This document shows, one piece after another, positions 26,829 through 42,918 of a stretch of 64,000 nt of DNA; within the stretch, counting starts at the first letter, position 1; every line of letters begins with the position of its first letter. Location of the stretch: assembly GCA_002104945.1 (NCBI GenBank), contig MCFH01000024.1:372001-436000 (forward strand), read 5' to 3'. This stretch comes from Piromyces finnis finn. Lineage: Eukaryota; Fungi; Neocallimastigomycota. The translations under genes were made by a program, and so were the position numbers. The notes under the pieces are model-generated. The model ran no database searches. It was not told the DNA's origin and saw only the letters and a list, made by a program, of their open reading frames with translations.

Positions 26829-28293
26829 TTTATATGATATTTATTATTATTACTGGAAATAATAAATATTTTTCAATAAGTATATATATAAATTATTATT
26901 TAAAAAAAAATATTTAAAAAGTATTAAAGAATTAGACTAATAGTATAATACAATATTTTTTTTTAATTGATGAATGAATAATTGTTATTTTGATTTTATT
27001 AATGTTCATAATAAGTGTTTGAAAATGTTTTTTTTATTATTTATTATTCTTTATATATAATTTCTCTTTCTATTAACTGTATTTTTATAATTGTATATCA
27101 ATTTTTTTTTCTTCCATATGTTTTCCTGCTCTTTTTTTTCTTTTTAAAAAAAAAAGTTAAAATATTTTTTATAATTACATTTCTCGTTGTTACTAATTTA
27201 GTAATGTTCCCTTTTTTTTGGTATAATGATTTTTGTTAAATTTTAATGGTTTAATTTATAATAAATAAACTAAATTACAATAAAATTTAATTAAAAAAAA
27301 AAAAAAAAACTTGTTTTATTTATATAAATAAAATATTTTTTTTTCTTTTTAAAGAAGAGCAAAGAAAAAAAAAATTTTTTTTCTAAACATTTTTTTTATA
27401 AGTTTAATTAAATTAAATATATTATTAATATATATTAAAATTTATATTTATATTTAATAGAGTGTAAAGGAAATTTTTTTTTTATTGGTCCATTTCAAAA
27501 AGATTTTAAATATATAGAGGGTTAGAATAGATTAGTATATGTATCTTTAATAAAAACTATTTAATAATTATTAAAAAGGTCAAAAAAAAAAAAAAAAAAG
27601 TAATATATATAATGCTTTTAACTATACTTTTTTTTTATTTTAAAAAGAAAAAACAAAACTATTTACTTTTTTTATTATAATCTTTTTAAAATGAAAAGGT
27701 TTGGTTTTAATAATAACAATGATTTAAAAAAAATTTTGTGTAACTTTTAGAAAAGTTTATTTCTGATCAAAAAAAAGTTTAAAATATGATGAAAAGGAAA
27801 CTTTTCTAGAATATGAAAAAAAGGAAGATTAACTAGTGAAAGACAAAATATTATGAGTAACTTAATACACCCTTTATATTACCGTTACAATTATTATTAT
27901 ACTCAGTTTCATTAAGGTATGTTGATAATATTTTTTTAACAATTATAAAAATTGTTTTAATCTTCCTTTTTTTTTTTTTACTTTAAATAAAACTAAAACT
28001 TTAATGGTATCTAAATTAAATTGCCAATATTTTATTTAAAATATTCATTATTTTTATTATCTTTTTTTATTCTTATTATCTAAATAAAGTGTGTTATACA
28101 TTTTTTATTAAAAAAAAATAAATACATTTATTAATAGTTATCTATGATAGTTTTTTTTTATATTATTATTTTATATAAAATTTTTTTGAAGACTGTTTTT
28201 TTATGTATATAATATTCACATACTCTACATAGTGTTGATCTATATTTAAATGATTATTTTATGATTTTGTAATAGATGATACAAAATGATCTG

Positions 28294-30808
28294 TTATACT
28301 TGAGAATATTCTCTAATTAAAATTTCATAATATTTTTTCATTTTTGTTAATGTATATAATTTTTGTGAAGTTTTAACAAGTTCTTTATCACAAATTTCAC
28401 AATAATCCATCATTTCATTAATAATATCTTCTTTATTATCATAGAATTCTTCTAATTTTTTACTACTAATTTCTTTGATAGTATTTGTTTCTGTGGTGGT
28501 TTGAAGATTGGAATGACTTCCTTTGTGTGACTTATCATCACTATCTAAACTACTTAAACTTTCAACTTCATCTTTATCTTTTAAAATGTGAACTTCTTCT
28601 TCGTTATCACTAATATCTTCTATGGTTGTTTCCTCATTTTTAATATTATTTTTAATCATATAAAGAATTTCTGGGAGACCTTCATGGTCATCAGTACTAG
28701 ATCTTTTTGGTGTGGTGTAAAGGTTATCAATATCTTCGTCTCTCTTTGGTCTGAAAGTAGTTGGACTTGAAAAGAATGATGATTCTCTTCTTTTTCTAAA
28801 CATTCTTTTTTGTCGTTTTTTGTATCTTTTATTACTTTCTTCGATTGCATTTTTAATTGTTTCATCACGATTAGCTTTGGAATAATCATCAGCAAATGTA
28901 GCATATAAAATGGCATTTGGAATGATGTATAAGAACATAGAAAACTAACATTATTAAATAAATTGATGATGATAATGATAATGATTTATTAAAAATAAAA
29001 TAAATATTAATATTGATTTTGTAAATATTTTTTATTTTTTTTTTTTTTTTGCTAATTTTTTGATATTTACCATAATAGCAAAAAATGCAATAAACTTTCC
29101 TTGAACCTTTTTATAATTTTTAATATTTTTATTAAGAAATATAAAAACATATATATTATATATATTGAATGTTTTATTATTTAAGTTTATTATTTTATTT
29201 TTATAGGTTTATTAAATTTAATGTACTTACAGTAAATGGGAAATAGTCACCATAACCAATACAAACCATAGTAACGGCAGCCCACCAAGAAGATTCAACA
29301 ATCGAGTGACTGTATTTTATTAATTATAATATTATTATTCAGTAATTATATTATCTTTAGGTATTATCATTTATTTTATTAAAATTAATATTTACACTGA
29401 TGCTGGTTCTGCTTGTGTTTCATTTCCAACTTTTGTATAATTTCTAATCCATTTCTTTTTAATGTATAATAATATATATTTATTAATATATTAATTAGTA
29501 TAACAAGTATTAGCTATAAAAAAAATTTTTTTTTTTTTTTTAAATAATTATATGTATATAGCTTGATACCTTTTCATTTGGATCATATTTTGAACCAAAA
29601 ATTTCGGCATGATAGTAAATTGGTGAAATTGCAAGAACACCCAAATAAAAAATGGTATATACGTTGAATAAAAATTTACTATTATCTTTTAAACAATTTA
29701 CAACTATATTAAAATGTTTGGCAAATCCATTTTTCATATGAATGATTCTCATAAATAAACGTATAATTAGAAATTCACTTAATATTGTTGGTATCCAATA
29801 CAATACTTTATTTCCTCTAAAACGAGTTTCGGGGAAAATAAGTTCAATATAAAATGCTGATATACCTAATAAATTTATTGTTCCATTCCACTTGAAATAT
29901 CCTTTATAACGAGCAATAAATTTGTATATTTTCCAATCATGATAAAATCTTTTCTTTTTTTCCTTTTTCTCATTGTACGAAGAGTAAAATAAATAATCGT
30001 CTGATTCTTTTCCATTTTTGTCCTTCTTTCTCTTCTCTTTTTCCATTTCTCTTTCTCTTTTCTTTTTTTGTTTATATTCTTGTTGATGAGAATAACAAAT
30101 TAGATTGTAAATCCATTCTACTGTTAAAAATCCATTAAGAATAAAAAGTAATATATGCCAATTTCTTTCTTGAATTTTGGTATGATTCCAAATCAATTCA
30201 GAATATAAAAGATTTGCAATAATTAAAAATACAAGATCAAAGGTAATAAGATAATTCATAAAAGTAGCAATAGATGAATCTTCAGGATTTTTTGCAATCT
30301 TTAGAAATTGTGTTTTTAATAAGTGAATAAATGAATAATTTTCATTATCAAGATCATTGTAAAAATCATTTTCATTTGGGCCCATGTTTAAACCATTCAT
30401 ACTCATACCTATGCCACCCATACCATTAACTCCCAACATACGACTTCCATTCATATTATATGAACTGCCAGGAAGATATAATTTACTCGCACCTAATCTG
30501 GAAGGATTATTTAAATTTAGACTTCCACTACTATTATATAGATTATCATTAGATTTCAATAAATTAAATTTATTTCTATACGGCTTTCCATCTTTTAAAT
30601 TTAAAGTAGAATTACTTGCATAAGTTGGTGATTTCAAATTAGTTGTAGTGGGTGTGTTTAAATCATTTACATTTTGAAAAATTAATTCTTGATTAAATGT
30701 TCCTGTATATATAGGAATATTAGGTAAATCTTGGAAATTAGGTAAATGAGGTTGATGAGAAGCCAATGGCTTTTTATTATCGTTTAAATTATCTTTATTT
30801 CCTTTCAT
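28294..30808 (-). CDS. 6TM K+-channel-like subunit 1 (filter TMVCIGYGD), 5 exons (30808-29570, 29454-29396, 29309-29231, 29106-29071, 28944-28294)
   Basis: S1-S5 helices lie in ORF 29540-30808. The pore exon reads 'HSIVESSWWAAVTMVCIGYGDYFPFT', S6 reads 'VQGKFIAFFAIM|FSMFLYIIPNAIL', and there is a C-terminal helical tail. Confidence 0.88.
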
Positions 30809-31018
30809 TATTTATAATTAACATATATTAAATAAAATATTATTTTTTTTTTTATCTTTATTTAAATACACTATTAATACTTTATTTTAAATTTGTTTGT
30901 ATTTCTATTGTATTTTAATTTTATTTTATATTCTACAAAATTGTTACTGGCATTAAGAATTTTATTAATGAAAATGTATATATGTATAAATTAATAAATT
31001 GATTATTAAAGGTATATT

Positions 31019-31061
<43 letters not shown>

Positions 31062-32566
31062 GGGTATGTTTTATACGAAATTATTCTTGCTTTTTGTTTA
31101 TCGAAATAAAGTGTGTGAATTTATTTTTTATATAAACATTTTATACTGAATTTGAATTGAAATTCATATACTTTACAATAATGCGCTATTAAAGTTTTTT
31201 ATGTACACATATATATTTTATAAATATAAATAAATATTAATATGAATTTTGAATAAAGGAATACTCAATTGTTGTTATTATTTTTTTTTAATTTAAAAAT
31301 TATACATTAATTATTTTTTCTAATTTTTTTTTATTTTTATTTTTTTTTTAAAGAAAAGGCTTTTCCCATATAAATTTGATTTTAATTAAAGTGTTGGTTA
31401 GGTAAAATATATTAAAAAATTAATTTTTTTTTTCATTAAATTTAATTATTAAGAAAAAGATTATTGAGCTATTAAATGTAAAGATATTGTTATAAATGAA
31501 TTTTCAAATAATAAAACCGGGTTATATATATATATATTTATTATTAAGTACTAATACTTTTACAATATAAAAAGCAACAATATTTATAATTACTATTCAA
31601 ATAATAACAATAATAATAAAAATACTATTAATAATAATAAAAGTAAGAGGTCCAAAATTATTTTTTCAATGTTTTTTGATAATAGTGTATAAAATGTTTA
31701 AAAAAACACTATTATATATATACATTAAAATTTAACATTTATATATAGTAACATCAAAACTAGCTTTTTTTTTTTTTTTTTTATAATCTGGTAGATGGTA
31801 GATAAAATAAAAAAGAAAAACGGCGGTAAATTTTAATTATTTCAATTTTAATTTTTATAGAAATTTTTGTATATTAAAAGCGCTACTAACAATCATATTT
31901 AAATAAAATATGTTAATACTAATTAATTGTTATTGTTTTAATCCTACAAAGTTAAGTTTTAAAGAAGAAACGTAACAAAAATGTTATTATTATTGTATTT
32001 TTTTTTTGTATTTTTTTTGAAAAAAAAATACTATTATTATTATTTTAATATTTAAAAATAAAAAAATTAATAAAGAATTAACTTTTAAATGGGTGAGCTT
32101 TTTTGCTTTTTATATTAGTAAGTAATTTTATTTATATTTAATAAAAAATGAACTTTAAACTTTAATAATATATATCTTTATAAATCAAGGTAAATATAAC
32201 TTTTTATTAGATATAAAATGTAAAGTAAAAATTTTTAATAACATATACCATAAAAAATGTCATAAAATAGTAGTAATAAAATATCAATGTAGATGTTTTG
32301 TTAAAATAACCGATTTTTTTTATTAAAAAAATTCTAATATTGAATTATCAATTTATTATTTATTATTAAGTTTCTATACCTGTATTTTTAACGTTTAACA
32401 AATATTAAATAATTATACAATATTAATAACACTATCTCTTATTTATGTGATAATAAATCAAGAATTTAATATTGTATATATAAATATTTTATTAACAATT
32501 TCGAAGATACGTAAGAAACAAACAAACAAAAAGAAAAATCATAATTATAAAATAGAGGCAATAAAA

Positions 32567-34965
32567 ATGATGAAATCAACCAAGAAAGAAACGGTTGATA
32601 CAATAAAGCAAACAATCAATGTTTTAACAGTATTACTATATAATAGTCGACTATGTTCAAATAATTGTTTTCTTAATTTGATAAATTTTATGAATTTTTT
32701 TGTGACTTTGATAGCAATTTACATATTTTTCATATCTTCTATACCGGCTTATCGAGGAAAAAATTTAGAAAAACTTAATATATTCGAGTATTTAATAACA
32801 ACGTATTATATTGTGGAAATTCTTATACGATATATTTTATATACTTTTTTCGATGTGACAACATTTGGTCGAATTGATGAATTCTATTTAGAAAAAGAAT
32901 CTATATTAGATTTGAGTGAAAGGCAATATCGTGTGATAACCGTTGGAAATGATAATAATAGTAAAAAGAATATGAAAGATAGAAAAAAAAAAAAGAAAAA
33001 TTTTTTACATTTAATTAGATTTTTTGTGAATAAAATGGAAATAATATGTTTATTAAGTATGCCTAATCATTAATAATAAATTAATTATTTTGTTATTCCT
33101 TTTAGAAAAATATATATTAATTTTTTTTTTTTTAATATATATATTTCAAAGATATAATGCCATTATTTGTTAGAATGATTATAAATAAAAACTTGTTGGA
33201 AATATATAATGATTCTAAATTAAGCTCACTTATTTCTATTTTTCAATATACACGATTAATCCGTTTTTCTATTTATATTATTAATACAAGACTATCAAAA
33301 ATTTTTAAATTTGATATGTTAATAAAGGTATTTAAAAATTCAAAGGAAGGACTTATATCAACATTTTTATTGTCAATATGGACTATTGTATTTTTTTCAA
33401 ATTTCTTTTATTTTGCAGAAACATATGACTGTCATTTTGATGAACAAACAGAAGTAAGAAAACAACATTTTAATATAAAAAATTTAAGATAAAAAAAAAA
33501 AAATTATTAATTCATATATTTTGTAATAATGGATAATATTAATATTTATTTCTATAAATATATTTAATTTTTTTTTTTTTTTCAATATTACAAATATAAT
33601 ACTGAAACATTATAGACATATTATAGATTTAATAAATCTAATGAAAGAGAAGAATGCAAAGTGTAAGTGATAAAAAATTAAATATAAATGCAAATTGAAT
33701 AAGGATTAAAAAAAAAGAAAAAAAATTTTTTTATAACAATTTTTAAAAATTAATAATAATTATTTTTATAAAAAAAAAAAAAAAGACAATCAATAATAGA
33801 TGCTTATTGGTGGGCAGTTGTTACTATTCAATGTATAGGTTATGGTGATTTAACACCATCCACTACAATGGGGAAAATTATTAATGGATGTATTGTTTTA
33901 ATTGCTAATGTAATTTTTTCAATTCCTAGTGCTATTTTAACAATTGAATTTTTGGATTTGATAATAAAAACAAAGAAAGATGAAGTGATAGAAAAAGCAG
34001 TTATAAAATGTGAATCAAAAATAGAAAAAGCAAGAAAGAAGAATTTTCAAAAGGAATTAATGAATATTATATCTCAAGAAAATATTCAAAATAATGCAAA
34101 TACATTTATTAAATATTATTCCATTAATGAAACTCTTTATGATAGTGGTGGTATTTTTAATATAAACAATAGAAATAATGATGGACCAGCAAATGTAATT
34201 GATTTATTTAAACTTAAAAAAAGCAATAATTCAATTGGACATCTAATAGAAAGAAGAAAAAGTACCAATTCAACTGGTGGTTATTTGTTAGAAAGAAGAG
34301 GTAGTAAAGGAAATAATTTAATGAATTATCATCCACCGTTGAATAGAATTTATGGAAGTAAGGAATCAATTCATAATTCAAAACCAGGATTAAATTATGA
34401 ATTATACAATAAACCTACAAAAGGTAATACACTTACAGAATATATTGGTCCAATAAAAATAGGCTCATTAAATGAAAGGAATACAGTTACAAACAGTAAA
34501 ATATTGAAAACTAGTGAGTTAGAATTAGATGATCCTACAACAACAATTAAGTATGGGTTAGGTGATAAATTACTATCAAAACAAAATAATAATCCCGATT
34601 TACTCAAGCTTAACAGAATTATAAAGAATCAACAATATTTAAATAGATTAACAACTCAAGCGAATAATTATTCAGGGATTTCTCACATGAGGGGAAACAA
34701 TAGTTCTTATTACTTAACAGGATCTTCTGAAAAGAACCGTAAAAATGAAAAGGGAGAGATTGCTATTGAATTTAAGTTGGGTGAAGTAAAATATATGTCA
34801 GCTAGAGAAATAAGTAAGGAACTATATAAACTCTCTATGGAATACTATGCACAATGTGATGATGAATTTTCTGAGGTTGATGAACAATCTGGTACATTAT
34901 ATTTATTAATGAAAGGTTTTGAAAAAACTCTTCGTTGTATTCGAAAGATTAAAGGAACAAAGTAA
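32567..34965 (+). CDS. 6TM K+-channel-like subunit 2 (filter TIQCIGYGD), 4 exons (32567-33056, 33152-33453, 33616-33662, 33786-34965)
   Basis: The AAAAATG start at 32567 is preferred over the GTG-initiated ORF at 32447. S4 is 'QYTRLIRF'. The pore and S6 read 'QSIIDAYWWAVVTIQCIGYGDLTPSTTMGKIINGCIVLIANVIFSIPSAIL'. Confidence 0.9.
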
Positions 34966-35384
34966 AGTTAATAATCAACAAATTGAAGTATAAAGTTTTT
35001 TAAGTACTTTTAATCTCTATCCAATAATTTATACTTTTTTTTTTTAAATCATTTTTTTTATAACAAAAATAGTTTATTATTCACAATTTTTAAGTATAAA
35101 TATTACCAAAGTATTGATTACATTTTTACACAAGTAAGCAAATGTATATTTTTTTTTTAAAATAAAATAGTTAGTTATTATAATTCTATTATTTAATATA
35201 ATTGTAAATAAAATATTAGAAAAATATAATATTAATTAATAGTTGAATGTAATGTATATCTTAAACATAATAATACTATTATTATATTCTATCGTTTAAT
35301 CATTACCTTAACAACACAATATTTTAAATATAATGTAATATAATATTATTTTTTATATAAAATATTTATTATATTAAAATTTCA

Positions 35385-35589
35385 AATATAACATTAAATA
35401 AACAATCTAAAATAATAAATTATTTTAAATATAACATTATAAGCAATCTAAAATAATAAATTATTTTAAATATAACATTATAAGCAATCTAAAATAATAA
35501 ATTATTTTAAATATAACATTATAAGCAATCTAAAATAATAAATTATTTTAAATATAACATTATAAGCAATCTAAAATAGTAAATTATTT
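35385..35589. repeat. 41-bp minisatellite, ~5 copies
   Basis: Unit AATATAACATTATAAGCAATCTAAAATAATAAATTATTTTA. GCAATCT recurs at 35443, 35484, 35525 and 35566. The first and last copies are slightly degenerate. Confidence 0.92.
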
Positions 35590-37116
35590 CATATTTCATC
35601 ACTCTCTTCATACATTTATTTTGTATAACAAGACGGTAGATGTAATGTCTACTTTTTCTATTACAATTTTTTTTATTTATAGCTTCAACATTTGTACAAC
35701 TTTATACCAATATTTTTAAAATTATTGGTGGACATATAAAGTTCAGCTATCTTTTTTTTTTTTTTTTTTTTTTTTACAGAAATCAAGTCATCATTAAATC
35801 AACTTTTTATTTTCAAATAATGATATCTCTAATTTTAATTTCATTAATTCTATAAGTATTACTATGTTTAATTGATTTTTCTTTATTTTAATATTTCTCA
35901 TTACATTGTGATATGTTTTTTTTTTTTTTTTTTATAATTATGAGTTGGTTGTTACTTTAACTGCTTACTTGCTTACAGACGTTGTTGTATTTAATATATA
36001 TATAATTTAATTATCAACAATTTTTTAATTATTATTAATTAATTTCATTAATAAAAAACTTTAAATATTAGTATAATCAAATTTTATTTTTTTAACCAAT
36101 TAAAGTAATAGATTGTAATATATAATATATATTATAATATAATATTTTCTATTTAATTAGTATATAATTTTGTATTAACCATATATTAGTTATTTTATTT
36201 AAAAGTAATCAATTTAAATTTAATTAAAATTGATAGAGTAATGTAATTGTAATATATTTCATTTAAATTATGCAGAAATTTTATTTACCATCCAAAGTTT
36301 TCTGCGAATGGATAAATAAATGTATAAATAAATTAACATTTAAATAAATGATTTAATAAAATTAAATAAACAAATATATAAAAATAGATAAATAGTGTGA
36401 AAAGTTTTTTTTTTTTTTAATTATTATTAAATAAGATTTAATTGCACAAGTAAAAAAAAAAAAGGCATAAAAAATTAGAAAAATTATTGAATAAAAAAAA
36501 AAAGTTCTTTTACTGCTAAAAAAAAAAAAAAAAAATAAAAAGAAAGAAAGGAATTAAAATAAAGTAATAATCAAGCAAATAAGAAAGCAGCAAGAAAACA
36601 AGCAAGCAATAAATAAAAAAACAAACAAATACAAAGATATTTATAGAAAAGAAATTAAATTTTACAATTAATAAATTATAACATTAATCAGATAATTATT
36701 AATTTATTGTAGGTAACCCATTTTTTTTATATCGTTAAAATTGAATAGTTACATTGTGCTATTTTTTTTTTAATGATACTTTATTAAACGATTTTATGTA
36801 TTTTATTATTTAATATTATTATATAATTGAAACAATATATAACCATCATTATCATTATTTATTTTTAAGGATAAAGGTCTAACTAAAATATCTTTATTAT
36901 ATCTTTATTCATAATTATACATAGTCTATATATAAAATCTTAAACATCATTCTTTAAAATACATAAGTCAAAATATTTTAAATAATTTAAAAGAAGCAAA
37001 TGAAAATATATTAAATATTATTATTTTAAAGTAAAAGAAAAAAGAATTTTTAAAAAACAAAAAACAAAAAAATAAAATAAAAAACTTTTATATATGAAAA
37101 ATATATCCTAAAGAAT

Positions 37117-39261
37117 ATGCCAGGAACAAATCAACCCTCAGGTTTTGTGGATAAAGCAATACACAAATTGTATAATGACAAACTGTGTTCACAGAATAAA
37201 ATTTTAAATATAATAAATTATTTCAATTTTTTCTTTGTCATAGCTACTATATATATACTATATGTTTCTTCTTTACCACAATATCAAATTGAAGAAGACG
37301 ATAAAAGACTTTTCGAAATACTTGAAATCATAATCACTTCATATTTTGGCATAGAACTCTTAATAAGATATATTTTATATACTTTTTTCAGCGTTACTAT
37401 CAATGACCGTGAAAAAGAATTTGATAAATATTTTCATAGAAATGTAAAAAATGACATTGATTATCATTTCATTACTATGAGTGGTGGAACAGGAAAAGGT
37501 GTCAGTCGATCAAAAAGACAACGTGAAATACTTACTTCCTCATTTGTTCATTATATCAAATTTTTTAAGAGCAAAATTGAAATTAATAATTTAATTAGTA
37601 AATATATTGATTATTTATTTAAATTATCATTTTTTATTATTTAGATATATTTTATTAATTAGCATTCATACTATATATGTATGTATATTTAATATCATAG
37701 GTATAATACCATATTTTGTTGATAAATTATTCCCACAATTACTTCTAATTAATAATTCATATATTAATTGGATTCCAACAGCATTAAGATATACCCGTAT
37801 TATTCGTTTTATGTATTATTTTGGTAATACACGCTTTTTTACATTTATAAAAATGCCATCCCTTTTAAAAGTTTTAAAGAATTCAGGTGATGGTTTTATT
37901 ACTGTGACGGTATTAGTATTATGGTCGATGATGTTTTTCAGTAGTTTCTTTTTTTATGCAGAAACCCATGATTGTGAATTTGATCCAAAAACTGAGGTAT
38001 TTTTATTTTTATTTATTTTTTTTTTTTAAAAAGAATAACTAAAATAATATAATAAAAAAAAAATAAATAAAAGAAGATATATGGATAAATTTTTTTTAAA
38101 TATTAATATAAAAAATATTTTAATTAAATATACCATTTTTCTTATTAATGTTTATATCTATTAAATGAAATATTAGCAATTTTATAGACAAACCAAAGAT
38201 GGTCCTAAAAAGTGTCTCGTGTAAGTAGTATTATTATTAAAGAATTTAATTATATGTTATTTTATTACAATAACAAAAATTATTCATGAAACATATTAAT
38301 GGAATAAAACCATTTTTTTATAATATTAATATTTAGAAATTCTATTATCGATTCGTATTGGTGGGGTTTGGTAACTGTTACATGTCTTGGTTATGGTGAT
38401 ACAACACCAGTAACAGCACCAGGTAAAGTCGTAAATGGCATTACTATTATTTTTGCAATTATGATCTTCCCAATTCCAAGTTCTATATTAACTATTGAAT
38501 TTATGGAATTCCTGGTTCAACTTAAAAAGAATGAAACTATTGAAAATGCAGTAAAGGAATGCGAAAAGAAAATTGAAAAAGCTAGAAAAAAAAGAGTTAA
38601 AAAAGAATTGAAAGATATTATATCTACAAGAGCCTTTTCTAATAGTACAAATACTTTCTTAAAATATTATTCAATTCATACATCTGCTGGTAATCCTTCA
38701 GGGTTAACATATTTGGCAAACACCAGAAATGATCCAGTAAACATTACTAATTTATTTAAAAATGATAATGATGTAATAAAAGAAGTTAATGAAAATGGAA
38801 CATCAAGTAACGATTTACTTTACGATTCAACCACAACCATTAAATATTCATTGTCAAAACAACTATTAAAAAATAAGGATCCTGAAATTGAAGAATTAAA
38901 AAGTATTATTCAAGACCAGAAAAATTTACATAAAGCTACAGTAAGTTTTAACAAAATTCCAAAATCAAGTAAGGATAATGAAATAAATCCTGCCTATTTA
39001 TCAACGGAATTTGTCCATAATCGTAAGAATAGTCAAGGGAAAATCGAAGTTGATATGAATATGGGTGAAATTAAAAATATGACTGTGGGTGAAATTAGTA
39101 AAGAACTTTATAAATTATCAATGGAATATTATGCCTTTTGTGATAATGAAATTAGTGAAGTTGATGAACAAACCGGTACTTTATATTTATTAATGAATGG
39201 TTTAGATAAAACAATTAATCTAGTAAATGCTTTAAGCCATAAAAGAAAATCTATTCAATAA
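37117..39261 (+). CDS. 6TM K+-channel-like subunit 3 (filter TVTCLGYGD), 4 exons (37117-37597, 37701-37996, 38177-38220, 38337-39261)
   Basis: S4 is 'LRYTRIIRF'. The pore and S6 read 'NSIIDSYWWGLVTVTCLGYGDTTPVTAPGKVVNG...FPIPSSIL'. It has the same intron positions as subunit 2 and a closely similar C-terminus. Confidence 0.9.
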
Positions 39262-39900
39262 ATTTTTATTTAAGATTTTTTTTTTTCTTTTTCTTTTTCT
39301 TTTCATTTTCATTTTTTGTTTTTTACTTTATTTTTTTTATCGTATACTATATACCAATATATAAATAATTACTAATTCTATTACGGCTATATCTAGTTTT
39401 TGGTTTTTAGTTTATTTTCTTTTCTTTTCCTTTTTATTTTTAAAAGGTTAAAAAATAATTCTTATAAATTATAATACCAGTTAGATTTTATTTATGTATT
39501 TATAAATATATATAAAATTGTTATATGATTTTATAAAATAAAAAATTTTATTATACATTTTTATAATAAAATATTAAATATATATATATATATATATCAA
39601 ATATCAAATATAAAATTAAAATATAATAAACACAAACATAAACGTAAATATAATAATAATAAAAAAAATCTTGGCAAATAAAATAAAAAATATATAAAAT
39701 AATTTTATATTAACATAAACCTGCAGTCAAAAAAAAAAAAAAAGTTAAAAGCCTACCCATTTTTTTTTTTTTTTTAGATGAAAGTACTTATTTGACTTTT
39801 AAGTATTACTTTTTATTTTTATAAATGTATTTATTTTTTAATGAAAAATATTAAACTAATAGCATATATCTATTTCAATTAATAGAAACAATAAAACAAA

Positions 39901-40054
<154 letters not shown>

Positions 40055-40149
40055 TTTTTACTAGATTCACTTTTTATTTTTACATGGTGAATAAATACTT
40101 TATTATTATTTAATTATTAAATTAATTTTTTTTTATTTTTATTTTATTT

Positions 40150-40198
<49 letters not shown>

Positions 40199-40206
40199 TA
40201 TATTTC

Positions 40207-42918
<2,712 letters not shown>

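Noticed and set aside
14251-31828. Recurring GCGGTA word (14251, 16692 reverse, 31823) and scattered AGGGG/CCCCT (STRE-like) and GCATGA words
   Set aside because: Picked post hoc, few occurrences, no consistent position relative to starts. A motif-enrichment test against background would be needed.
35385-35589. CRISPR-like array (palindromic repeats)
   Set aside because: Units are directly tandem with no unique spacers, there are no cas genes and the context is eukaryotic. It is a minisatellite.
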